Positions 23,323-34,189 of a stretch of DNA of 64,000 bases are shown one piece after another. The notes beneath the pieces were generated by a model, which was given only the letters and a program-made list of their open reading frames with translations, was not told the origin of the DNA and did not search any database. Location: the NCBI GenBank assembly GCA_030390025.1, contig CM059425.1, positions 167,216,001-167,280,000 of the forward strand, written 5' to 3'. This stretch comes from Squalus acanthias (Eukaryota). Made by a program: the position numbers and the translations under genes. How positions within the stretch are numbered: position 1 is the first letter of the stretch; each line of letters opens with the position of its first letter.

Positions 23323-24572
23323 CCTTGTCTCCGAGCAGCCACCCTCGGGTCACGGTGACCTTGGCTGCCACTGGAAGAGCTGTGTTCACCCTGCTCTCAG
23401 GCTGCAGGAGGTGGCAGAGTTCTGTGACCACCTCCTTGGTGAAGTGGAGCCTCCTAATACTGCACCTTGCTTAAATGGATATAAGTGAAGTGTTCTCAGA
23501 AGATCCTAGGTGGGTAAGGCCTCCTGTTGAGCCCTCCTCCTCCTCCTCCTCCTCCTTCCTTTGCACGCATCTTCTCATCGTCTTCTCTGCCTCTGCTCCT
23601 TCTCCCTAAGATACTCGAGCGCGAGGGGGACTGCCAGTACTGTGAGCAAGTGTTGTGAGCAGAAGCTTTTAAATAAGAATGAAGGCGTTCTCCACTCGCA
23701 ACAACACTCCCTGTTACCTTAGAACCTTGAAAGAAGTTTATACAGCTGCAGAAAGTTGCACAGAGCCAGTCAAACTAAACAAACATATCAGCTGCAAGTA
23801 GTTGCTGATGATCCCTTTAAATACCACTGTCGGAGCCTCCTTCCTGCGTGTCAATGCTTGCTTAGCTCATCACATGTGAGGAATGCCAGGAAGTTGAACG
23901 ACTAACTCCAAACTTGCAGATTGGGCATCAAGTGAGCATTGCACACTCATTGACATCACAATCTGCATCATCTAAATGATTTTAGCGATCGCGGATATCG
24001 GCAGCGCTGCCGGCCATCAAAATTGGCGGCCACCGAGGGACCCGCTGGCGGAAGAGCAGCCTCCATTTTTTTTGCCCGAATCTGGCTATAACGGGTGGCA
24101 ATAAACCCCCCCAATTTCTAGGTCTTCCCATTTATTTTTCTTATATTTGGCAATGGCAAGCCATCTTTTATTATCTGCCAGTAGCAGCTGTGCACAGCAA
24201 TGCAAAGTAGCATCAATGAGATGTCAGCCTCTACATCTGAACATGATGACTGGGAACACTTTGGGGTAAAAATTCAGTTGGTTGCGCCTCCCGTTAGCGC
24301 CTTAAGAGGGCGCTAATGGGGCGCAAAGCCGCTAACGCCCGGGCGCAGCGATGTTTGCGCCGCTCGAGAACTTAACTAGAGATTGTGCGGCGGCGCTAAA
24401 ACTTACCGCTGCGACCACCTGCGCGCGCAGATTATGACGTCATTCCATGGTGCAACGCCCTTGTGGCGCCCCGGAGCGGAAATTGAGTGGCGCCCCCTGC
24501 CTTACCGCCTGGCGCTTCCAACGACCGGAAGACTGGAACGCTATCAATCGCTGTGGGGCTGGGGGGGGGCGC

Positions 24573-24585
24573 TATTTAAAGGGGG
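24573..24585 (+). promoter_or_regulatory. TATA-like TATTTAAAGGGGG upstream of the transposase
   Basis: About 200 bp upstream of the ATG. TTAAAGGG(G) recurs upstream of other Harbinger genes (e.g. ~6958, ~18611, ~35303, ~58732). Confidence 0.5.
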
Positions 24586-24774
24586 CCTCTTCCTGTCTTT
24601 TTCTGTGGTCGACATTTATGCACCACTCGTTCTGAGAGAGAGAGAGAGAGATTCGGAGAGAGAGAGAGAGACTTCTACATTGACTCAACGCTTTGTGAGG
24701 TAGTTTTGCCTATTCATCCTAACTTTGTTGCTACTTTAGTTGCTGTCCCTCATTACTTTGCTTGCAAAGAGAAT

Positions 24775-25935
24775 ATGGGGGCTGCACTGATTGGGGGCGT
24801 CGTCCTGCTCCAGCTGAATCGGAGGATACAGAGACGCAGAGAGAGAGTGGCAATGATGGCCAGACGGAGGAGGGCCATCAGGCGCATGTACAGGAGAGCT
24901 TACCCTCCCAGGGTATATCGTGAACAGCTCTCCTACATCCATATGTCCGAGGAGCTGTGTTTGCGAAGGCTGCGATTCAGCAAGGAGGTGGTCACTGAGC
25001 TCTGCCACCTGCTGCAGCCAGATCTGCAGCCTCAACTGAGGTCCAGGACGTCTCTGTCGGTGGCAGTGAAGGTCACAGTGGCTTTGAACTTCTACGCCAC
25101 TGGCTCATTCCAAGCTGCTGTTGGGGACCTCGCCAATATCTCCCAGTTCGCGGTGCATTGCTGCATCCGGCAGGTCACAAATGCCCTCTTCAGAAGGAGA
25201 CGAGAGTTCATCTCTTTCCCTATGACCCCAGACAAGCAGCGTGACCGCGCTCTGGGCTTTGCGAGGGTAGCGGGCTTCCCCATGGTGCAGGGCGCCATTG
25301 ACTGCACGCATGTGGCTTTGCGTGCTCCGCGTGAGAATGCAGAGGAATTCAGGAACAGAAAGGGGTTCCATTCCTTGAATGTCCAGTTGGTCTGTGACCA
25401 CAGACAGCTGATACTCGCTGTCAATGCCCACTATCCTGGCAGCTGCCACGATGCTTTTATCCTGCGCCAGACTACTGTGGCAGAACTTTTCGAGGCACCG
25501 CATCAGCCAGTTGGTTGGCTTCTCGGGGACAAGGGGTATGCATTGAGCACCTGGCTGATGACACCGCTCCGTACGCCAAACACCCCTGCTGAGCTGCGGT
25601 ACAATGAAAGCCATCAAGCAACCAGGAACATTATTGAGCGCACAATCGGCGTGCTGAAACAACGGTTCCGCTGTCTGGACCATTCCGGAGGAGCCCTGCA
25701 GTACTCGCCTGAGCAAGTATCGAACTTCGTAGTCGTGTGCTGCATGTTGCATAACATGGCAATCCTCAGGACCCAGCCAATGCCACCAGGCCTTGGAGCA
25801 CCACCAGAGGAGGAGGAGGAAGAGGAGGAAGAGGACGAGGACGATGATCATCAGCAGCACCAAGGCGGGAGGGCGGCCCACAATGGTCAAACTGCAAGGG
25901 CCGTCCGTCAACGGCTAATAGCAAGCCGCTTCTAG
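24775..25935 (+). CDS. Harbinger DDE transposase (HARBI1-like nuclease), 386 aa, open
   Basis: First ATG at 24775. Catalytic motifs GAIDCTH (D), LGDKGY (D), IERTIG (E), plus NRKGFHSLNVQ, PGSCHD, CCMLHN and an acidic tail. No stops. Confidence 0.95.
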   Translation: MGAALIGGVVLLQLNRRIQRRRERVAMMARRRRAIRRMYRRAYPPRVYREQLSYIHMSEELCLRRLRFSKEVVTELCHLLQPDLQPQLRSRTSLSVAVKVTVALNFYATGSFQAAVGDLANISQFAVHCCIRQVTNALFRRRREFISFPMTPDKQRDRALGFARVAGFPMVQGAIDCTHVALRAPRENAEEFRNRKGFHSLNVQLVCDHRQLILAVNAHYPGSCHDAFILRQTTVAELFEAPHQPVGWLLGDKGYALSTWLMTPLRTPNTPAELRYNESHQATRNIIERTIGVLKQRFRCLDHSGGALQYSPEQVSNFVVVCCMLHNMAILRTQPMPPGLGAPPEEEEEEEEEDEDDDHQQHQGGRAAHNGQTARAVRQRLIASRF

Positions 25936-26229
25936 GGCCCCTGCCATTGCTACCAACATTAATCAACCCAGCACGCAACCCCTAAGCCGGCCAAGGCACC
26001 AATAATTCCAACCACCAGCCATGTATATTTTGAATACAGAAACTTATTTATTTTACAAACTCTGTGTGTGTCAATTCCTCATGACAAACTCATAGAAATA
26101 AACACAAAAAAACAGTCAATAACATAACTGGTTCTCACAACCTGGAGATAATGTCCAAAACACTAAACAAAAGTTGGACCATGAACCTCGGCCTTTAATA
26201 AAAAAATGACCAGCATTTTGTCACACCTC

Positions 26230-28159
26230 CTACTTTTTGCCCTTCGAGGGTGATCTCCTTCCCTTGCGCACTTCCCCCCTTCTAACCCTACTGCTCCTCC
26301 GTAATGGGACCTCAGTGGCTGCAGCAAGGCTGGTGGAAGGCTGCTGCTCGTCAGACCCTGACACTGCAGATGCCCCTGAAGGACGGCCTCGACCACTTCT
26401 GGGCCTGGAGGGCCCGGCTGCAGACTGCACCAACTCTGCATGGGCGGCAGCAGTCTGTCCTACAGGCGGTGGCAAGTGCAGTGGAGAAGTGACAGTGTTG
26501 GCAGCAGGAATGCTGTCATCGTGAGAGAGGACAGCAACTCCCTGCTCGCCCGACACACTGGCACTCCCACGGGGCAGCACTTCAGCATCCGGAGCAATCT
26601 GCCGGAGAACAGATTGCTGGCCTGCTGCGGCGCGGTGACAGCCCCGGGGACATATGCACGAACCATCGAGGTTGGCAGCAGTCTGTGCTCGCGTGGCCTC
26701 AATCTGAGTCTGTATGAGAGCAGTCAGAGATGGGATCACGGCAGCCAGTGACTGAACTGCAGCATTAAGCGTTAGTGTGGCATCCGCCTGTGCTACAGCG
26801 AAGTGCTCCACACTCCTTGCCAGTGACTCAATGCATTCGGGCACCCTTCCCACTGCACCCATGAGCTCAGTGTGCATGCCCACCGCCTGGGTGTTCATTT
26901 CTGCGATCAGCCGCTCCTCCTCTGCGTCCATTGCAGTAGGAGTGTCTGGCATACTCTCCCTCTGGGGAGAAGGCCCCCGTTCTTCCCTACCCCCCCATGG
27001 CGTTGCTGCAGCCCGCTGGGTCCTGGAGCTTCACCCTCATCAGCCCCTTCCCCCCTGCTCCCCTCCGGGGAAGGCGTGTTCCCAGTGTGGGCATGGGCTT
27101 CCTCGGGAGAGGGTGGCACTGATGCTCTGGCTTCCTCTTCCTCCTCAGCTGCAGCATCACTCCCAGTGGCAGCTTCAGGGCCCGTCTCCTCAGCTGGTGA
27201 ATCACCATCTGAAAGCAGGGAGGTACAAGAGTGGCTTTAGCGTGAGGACAGGGTGGCAGTAAGGGAGGAATAAGTGCAGCGAGTTAGCAAGTTGGATTGA
27301 AAGTGTCAAAGGCTGGTGTTGTGAGGGACAAGTGGAAGGACAGAGGACAAAAAGGTGATGACCTTACCATTGCTGTCCAGAACGGGGTCGGCGTCTGCAG
27401 TGGCGACGGGACCGATCACCCGGCTTGCCACAATCCTGTGGACGCGCTCCTCAAGATCGCTGAGGGGTTGCAGCTGAGGCCGCCCTCCACCTGTCCGTTG
27501 CTGCTGTCTCCTATTATGAGCCAGCTTGGCCTGCAAGAAAAAGGACAGCATCTGAGTAAATATACAGCCATGGTCTTGCCTGATGTGCCTCCCATAGGTG
27601 AATAGCCCTTACAATATGCAGCCATGGTCTTGCCTGATGTGCCTCCCATAGGTGAATAGCCCTTACAATATGCAGCCATGGTCTTGCCTGATGTGCCTCC
27701 CATAGGTGAATAGCCCTTACTGTATGCAGCCATGGTCTTGCCTGATGTGCCTCCCATAGGTGAATAGCCCTTACTGTATGCAAAGTGTGGAATGTGTGTG
27801 TGTGTTTGATGAAAGGGCCATAGGTGTTGGATGAGTGTTGTGCATTGGGGTTTTAAGACCCTCTGGCCATAGAGTGAGGTTGAGATGGAGGGATGGAGAG
27901 GTATTGAGAAAAAGCCACTCACCCTGACGACCCGAGTGAGGTCGTTGAACTTTTTGCGGCATTGAGTATAGGTCCTGGGCACCATGCTCCTGGAGGAGAC
28001 GCTCTGAGCCACCTCCCTCCACACTCTTCTGAACTCGCGTAGCAAAGGCCTCCTGCCACTCTCAGGGAAGAGCATACATCGTCTGCGCTCCACTGCGCCA
28101 ACCAGAGCATCCAAGGCCCGCTCGGTGAAGCGATGAGCGCGTTCTCTCACCCTCTCCAT
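26230..28159 (-). CDS. Harbinger Myb/SANT-like protein, exons 28159-27923, 27530-27368, 27208-26230; one apparent frameshift at the G7 run 26990-26996
   Basis: MERVRERAHRFTERALDALV...W...QCRKKFNDLTRVVR|GTGAGT; TTGCAG|GCC; G|GTAAGG; TTTCAG|AT. The spliced frame stops at 26907 unless the homopolymer is G5 or G8, which would join ORF 26230..26952 ending in a basic NLS-like tail. Confidence 0.8.
27565..27782. repeat. 54-bp tandem repeat, ~4 copies, in intron 1 of the Myb/SANT gene
   Basis: Unit GCAGCCATGGTCTTGCCTGATGTGCCTCCCATAGGTGAATAGCCCTTAC(AA/TG)TAT. Confidence 0.95.
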
Positions 28160-29299
28160 GCTTGGCAGCAAAATGGATTCACAGGTCTCTCCAGGCTGAG
28201 ATTCAAGGCTGCAATGAGCAGGGTGTGGCTGGGGAGTAAGTGGCCCCCCCCGCTTTAAGAAGTGGCCGGCGCCAGTGTGTCTGTGTTCCCTCGCTAACTG
28301 GCAGCAGCTGCGCTGCGCTCGCGCGCTGAGTTAGCGCCTCACTCCTTGGCCTTTGCGCCTTAAGACAGGTGTGCAGCGCCTGCTTTAGCGCTCCACTCAC
28401 CTCCCGGGGCGGTAAAAGTGAAGTTTCCAGTCAGTGCCGATAATTAGCGCCAGGTGCTAATATTTGCGTCCAGACGATATTTGCGCCCCAAATGGGGCGC
28501 GACCTAATTTCTACCCCTTTAAGTTAGATTGATTAAATTTTGAATGAATGCTGTTTATGTTATAAGACTAACTGTAGAAATGAGATATATTAACAGTTTC
28601 AAGGGCCAAGCTTCAACAAACTTTGCAGCCTGTTCTCCATAGCTTATTAAACCCTTCATGTTGTTCCCACTGTTGTTCTTGTAGCTCACACTTTGGTTTG
28701 AAATAATTTTGCAAATAGAAATGGGTAGAAGTTTAATCATCAACTTCCAAAGTTGTTACAGCTTACTTATGAAAATAACACCTTTAAACTTGTTGACAGT
28801 CCTTGATGTAGGCAGCACTGCTAATGCAGATGACAATTTGGATTTTAAAACTTACATATACAAGATTGGCAGTGCTACTTTGTCAAGAACAGTGAGAAGA
28901 AATTTTAGACGTAGAGTAATTATTTCAATAGTTTAGAACAGCCTTTTCTGTCACAACACCATGTTAACTGGACACTATTATATAAAAATAATAGCAGCAA
29001 TGTAAATAGTCAACCCTAGTATCCTTCCTATTGAAAAGAATAAGTAAACCTGAGCAGGGCTGGGCGAATGCCCTAACGCCAACCTCTTGGGACCCTCCTA
29101 CTTTATCAGCATAACAATCCCTTGCTTGTGCATGCTAGAGGTGCAAGCAAGTGACTGCCTTCCCTGAAGGAAACCCCAGAAATCCTGGGGAATGCAAAGG
29201 AGGCAGAGTTTCATCATCGTACATTGTGCCATTGAACCCTGAGGAAACTTTACCCCATACAGCCGACTGGACCCCTCTTTCTGTCCTATATAGCTCGCT

Positions 29300-29610
29300 G
29301 AGAATAATTGATGAGAGGTGCCTAAGGAGGTTAATTGTTAGGAGAGAGGTTGTAAAAGAATTGTGCCATCTCCTTCAAGAACACACGTGAGAAGGCTAAC
29401 ATCTGTACAACCGTTAAAAGTGACCGTAGGAATATTCAAAGAGGTTGTTTTAAGGGGGCTTTTGAAGGTGAGGAGAGATATAGTAAGAAGAAAGGGGTTA
29501 GGTAGGGAAATCCAAAGATAGTTGAAGGCCACTCATGGTAGTGCATAGGGACATCAGAATGTGCAGTAGACAAGAGTTAGAAGAATGGACAATGCGAGTG
29601 GGGAAGTAGA
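29300..29610. mobile_element. Harbinger transposase N-terminal remnant joined to an L2 3' fragment (copy A)
   Basis: DERCLRRLIVRREVVKELCHLLQ, followed by a reverse-strand L2-like tail. Confidence 0.6.
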
Positions 29611-30679
29611 ACTAGAATAAACTATTTTAAAACAAATACCTCTATACATGCCACTAATCAGATGGTTGTCCTTGTCCTAGACAACTCAGAAGTCATTCTA
29701 CCAGAAGAATAGCCTACTTTATTGCCTTTACCTACTTCCTGAAGAAATCTGTAATGCAATTTTTTAGTATAGACAAGATACACGTGACTCATTGCTGGAC
29801 AGCTTTTTCTTTATTATTTCTGTTTGACAAATGATTTAATTCCTCATTTTAATTTTGTCACTGATTTAACTTTTTAAACATTTGATTCTGGTTTTCACAT
29901 GCACTACCCATTTTAGGTATTTTTGACAGTCAATCATCTGTATGTAAATGGAGAACCTAATCTGGAAAAAAATACATATTCACTATAGTAATTCCTATTC
30001 TCCAAGGTCCATTCTCCACATTTGAACAGAGCAAAGTCTCCGATACCTCTTGCCAAGAAACTGGCAGCTTGGAAAAAACCCTGCCAAATGTGCAGGTGGG
30101 AATCACTTGTACAGGTGCCAATGTATAGGTGACCTTAGAACTCTCAAGATCAGGGAACTATTAGGAGTGAAACTTATGATTTACAAAAATGATATATATC
30201 TCAAACCTATTTAACCGTATGAACCTATAAATTACTGTTGGTGCTAGCCTCAGTGCCTACACTTTTGAAGATCACTGTACAGTAATTTTGAGATTGCTAT
30301 GTAGAGTGCACTTTCCATCTGTTTTTCAAATGCTTGCTGCCAAATTGTTGTTCAGGAAAAGTAGTTTCTGCACAGTAAAACATTAAGGAAATTGTTGGCA
30401 TAACAGATACATATGTGGGAACTACATCATATTCCAATGCTAATGCATCATGCTATGATTCCTTAGAGCAACTGGCGTGGTTGCAGTCTGTTACTGAAGC
30501 CTACCCACTGTTCGATACTATGAATATTGAATTCATCAGCACTGTAATTGGCAGAGAATCACTAACAAAAGTAGGGAAGCACTGCCCATAATGTCAGGTG
30601 GCACTCAAGGCATACTTCCAGGTTTTGCTAGTATGCAACATGGGTCTACCAGATCAGGCACAGCTACTTGAGAATTATA

Positions 30680-31985
30680 GAAGAGATTTGCCTGAAGAGG
30701 CTGAAGCTTAGGAGAGAGGTTGTGAAAGAACTGTGCCATCCCCTTCAAGAACACATGTGAAGAAGGCTAACACCTGTACAACACTGCCAGTCACCTTAGC
30801 ACTCAATTTTTATGCATCTGGCTGCATCCAGGCTAACAGTGTAAGCCCGTTTGCTGTCCAAAGGTGTATCAACAACTTATATTTGTATAGCACTTTTAAT
30901 GTAGTCAAGCATCTCAAGGCTTCACAGTTGGGCATCAGACTCATTAAATAGTAGGAGGAGTGGTGAAGTGACCAATGATGTAGCCAAAGAGGTAAGTTTT
31001 AAGAAGGCTTTCGAAGGTGGAGAAAGATATAGCAAGAAGTGAGTTAGGGAGGGAATTCCAAAGTGTCCGGGCAAGCTAGTTAAAGGCTCTGACGCTGATA
31101 GTTTTTTTTTATTCGCTTATGGGATGTGGGCGTCGCTGGTAAGGCCAGCATTTATTGCCCATCCCTAATTGCCCTTGAGAAGGTGGTGATGATCCGCCGC
31201 CTTGAACTGCTGCAGTCTGTGTGGTGAAGGTACTCCCACAGTGCTGTTAGGTAGGGAGTTCTAGGATTTTGACCCAGCGATGATGAAGGATCGGCGATAT
31301 ACTTCTAAGTCAGGATGGTGTGTGACTTGGAGGGGAACTTGGAGGTGGTGGTGTTCCCCTGCGCCTGCTGCCCTTGTCCTTCTAGGTGGAAGAGGTCGCA
31401 GGTTTGGGAGGTTCTGCCGAAGAAGCCTTGGCGAGTTGCTGCAGTGCATCAAGGAACTGTGCAGTAGACAAGACTTAGAAGAGTGGATCATGCAAGCGAG
31501 GAAGTAGGGCTGGAGGATGCTGCAGAGATAGGATGGGGCGAGGCCATGAGGGAATTGAAGGCCAGACGGGGATTCTAAAATGATTGTGCTAAGACGGGGA
31601 GTCAGTGGAGGTCAGCAACAATTGGGAATTAGGGTTAGTAGGGTTTTGTGCAGGATAGGAATTGGGCAGGGGAATTTTGAATGAGTTGGAGTTTATGTAA
31701 ATAGACCTCAGAAGGCCGGTGAGGAAGGTGTTTGAAAAGTTGAGTCCTGAAGCAGCAATGGCATGAATATGGGTTTCAGTGCACCGGCATGAGATAAGGG
31801 TGGAGATGACTGATGTGTTGGAGGTTGGAGTAGGCAGTCTTGGCAATGCACTGGTAGACTGGATGTGGGTTTAAAGCTCAGCTCAGAGTTAAGCAGTGCA
31901 TCAAGGTTGTGCACCTTGAAGGGAGATGGGATCAGGAGCTGGGCACAGATATTCTTACAAAGGGCCAACAGGATAGCTTTGTCTT
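30680..31985. mobile_element. Harbinger transposase remnant + minus-strand L2 fragment (copy B), interrupted by a LINE 3' end at ~31101-31449
   Basis: CLKRLKLRREVVKELCH...VTLALNFYASG. L2-like ORFs 31589..31846 and 31708..31968. The insert is the reverse complement of the 21670-22020 tail. Confidence 0.65.
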
Positions 31986-32364
31986 ACAATAATGAGCTCC
32001 AAGAATTCTAATTTTTTCACAACTTGATGTCAGGTCAAGGAGTTCAGTTGCATTATTCAGATGATCCAACATATTTATCAGTTTTGCCACTGATCAACAG
32101 TAGCAACATGATAGAGTAAAGCAATTCTACAGACCTGGTAGCTTTCCAGTGATTGCACCAATGTTGCTATGCTAAACCCTGTGCACAATGCTGTGTCCTG
32201 TATGAATCAGAAGGGATTTTATTCCAGCTGGTATGAGTCCTCCAGCACACAATCATGCAGATTTGCCTTGGGATCTCTTATTGTGCCTTCAGTTTAAGGC
32301 AATCATCTGTGTCACCCTTTTTGAAAGAGCAGAAGAATTGCTGCAACTTGCCAGGAAAAGCAAG

Positions 32365-32752
32365 GAACAGGAGTATACATTCGAAAAAAAGACACTGAAG
32401 GATGTGGATGAACAGAGAGACCTAGGGGTTCAAATACATGATTCCCTGAAAGTGTGAGTAAGGTGGATAAAGCTGTAGAAAAAGGCAAAAGCTTTTTTGA
32501 TTCTATAAATAGGGGCACAGAATACAAGAGTAAAGAAGTAATGATAAATTTATACAAAACATTGATTAGGCTACAGTTAGAGTACTCTGTGTAGTTTTGG
32601 GTGCCCTATTCTAGAAAGCAGATTAAAGGCACAGAGAGTGTATAGTGTAGATTCACCGGGATAATGCCTTAAAAATTCCAAAAATTCACAACCCCCTGAG
32701 TGAAATAATTTCTCCTCGTCTCAGTCCTAAATGGCCGACCCCTTATTCTGAG
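32365..32752. mobile_element. Degraded CR1 fragments (plus-strand RT end joined to a short inverted piece)
   Basis: EQRDLGVQIHDSLKV..., then a minus-strand CR1 segment at ~32680-32752. Confidence 0.6.
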
Positions 32753-32859
32753 TCAAGCAAGATGACCCAGTAATATGGGGAAACGTAGCACGTTCATTAT
32801 TTTGCATTATTATGTGAAGACAAGTTGTACTGATTGAATAGAGTCCAATCATGACTGTT

Positions 32860-33090
32860 ACTCTGTATCTTCACTTGTTGTGTAGGTAAATGCAACAGAC
32901 AATTTGTGAAGAGCAAATTCCCATAAATAACAAATGTCCAGAAAATCACTTTTTCGTGGTGTTAGTTGAGGGGGAAATGTTAGCCAAGATACCAGGAGAG
33001 CTCACTGTTCTTCCGTAAATAGTGCCATGGGATCTTTTACATCTACCTGAGCAGCATCTGAGTTTAACACTTCATTCAAAAGACAATAGC
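32860..33090 (-). mobile_element. Degraded Deu-domain SINE fragment
   Basis: AAATAGTGCCATGGGATCTTTTACATC is the reverse complement of the core at 60575-60605. Confidence 0.55.
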
Positions 33091-33730
33091 ATCAATTTGG
33101 ACTAGCGCCAGGATCAGTGTGTGGGGGACCAGAAGCAGACAGCACACCCGGAGGAAGAGAGAGGAGCGAGAGCCAGACGGTTTTAATGACCGGGCCTCAT
33201 TTTAATATCGGACATCTGTCATCCACCTAAAGCCTGTGGGAATGACATCAAGGCCAGCAAACTGGCGCAGGAATTATGGCAGGATCCGGGTCCTGCCAAG
33301 AACCCAAGGGAATGATCCCCGGCATAAGGTAAGTGCCGGGGGGGGGGGGGGGGGGACGTTGCAGAGCCGACGCTGGTCGTGGGAGGAAAAGGAAGGACTG
33401 CAGCAGGCGAGGCTGAAGGATTTTTTGCGGGGCACACCTGCTCCTCTTAGCTTCCCCCCAAGGGATCCTTCCAAAAATTAAAAAAACTTCACTTACTTTG
33501 GTCTCCTCTGGCCACTCTGCTGCCTGGCCTCCCACCAGGTTTCTCTGGTAGGTTTGCCACCGGGCAGGCCTCCCCGTGAGTTGCAGTGAAAATAGCACTG
33601 CGGTGCCAAAAATATTCCACATAGTCGGGGTGGGCACACCTAATTTAGTTGGAACAAAATGATTTTATTTTTATATTTTGTAAACGAGCCTTTGCATACA
33701 ACAGTGGTAAATGACAAGAAAATACTACCT

Positions 33731-33915
33731 TGGGTAGATCTTGACTTTGTGCAATAGTGTAAAATGGGTGATAGCGAATTGGCTGTCCATCTTACATCTC
33801 TCGTGATTTTTATTTCCATTGAAGGTAACGGAAATAAAAATCAGCAGAGATTTATAATGGGTAGCCAATTCACTATCACCCGTTTACACTATTGCACAAA
33901 GTCAAGATCTACCCC
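33731..33915. mobile_element. Palindromic MITE (~185 bp)
   Basis: Long inverted arms GGGTAGATCTTGACTTTGTGCAATAGTGTAAA... and ...TTTACACTATTGCACAAAGTCAAGATCTACCC. Flanks CCT/TCT. Confidence 0.85.
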
Positions 33916-34189
33916 TCTATCTCTCTATGTATCTGTGATTCTATCTCTGTGTTCATGTGGTTCTCTTTTGTCCAGTTGCGTGATTGTGAAACTGGGTGTG
34001 TATATGTGTGTGAGGCTGGAAGTGTGTGTGAGATTGGAGCAAGTAAGAGGAATGCAGAGGAACTGTAAAAGTAGGAGTGAGTGTGAGAGAATGAGGGTGC
34101 TGTATGATAACAGATGTCAGCAGTTTTCTATTTAATTTCATGCCTTGATTGGTATCTGATTTATTAACCTAGCTTTGATGGCTTCACTT

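Larger units (their letters stand above)
18372..24124. mobile_element. Degraded two-gene Harbinger element with nested insertions
   Basis: Ends GGCCTAGAAATTGG and CCAATTTCTAGGTC; TSD not recovered. Myb/SANT gene on + from 18696 (RACRFSDAALEALV...IQCRKSFNYLT). Transposase pieces on - at 19700-20063, 22024-22043 and 23323-23660. Confidence 0.7.
24263..28517. mobile_element. Structurally complete PIF/Harbinger DNA transposon (4255 bp)
   Basis: TIRs GGGGTAAAAATT and AATTTCTACCCC. TSD TTT at 24260-24262 and 28518-28520. Convergent transposase and Myb/SANT genes, CpG-rich subterminal regions. Confidence 0.95.

Noticed and set aside
25105..25911. 268-aa antisense ORF with a hydrophobic stretch
   Set aside because: Shadow of the transposase; the hydrophobic run is the reverse of the GAG/GAA acidic tract.
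24775..25935. Host domesticated gene HARBI1
   Set aside because: The ORF is intronless, lies within TIRs and a TSD with a Myb partner, and has several degraded paralogues in the window, so it is a transposon gene.
27416..28171. 251-aa single-exon Myb protein with SKGYSPMGGTSGKTMAAY repeats
   Set aside because: Read-through of intron 1; a strong GTGAGT donor at the position conserved in other copies explains it.
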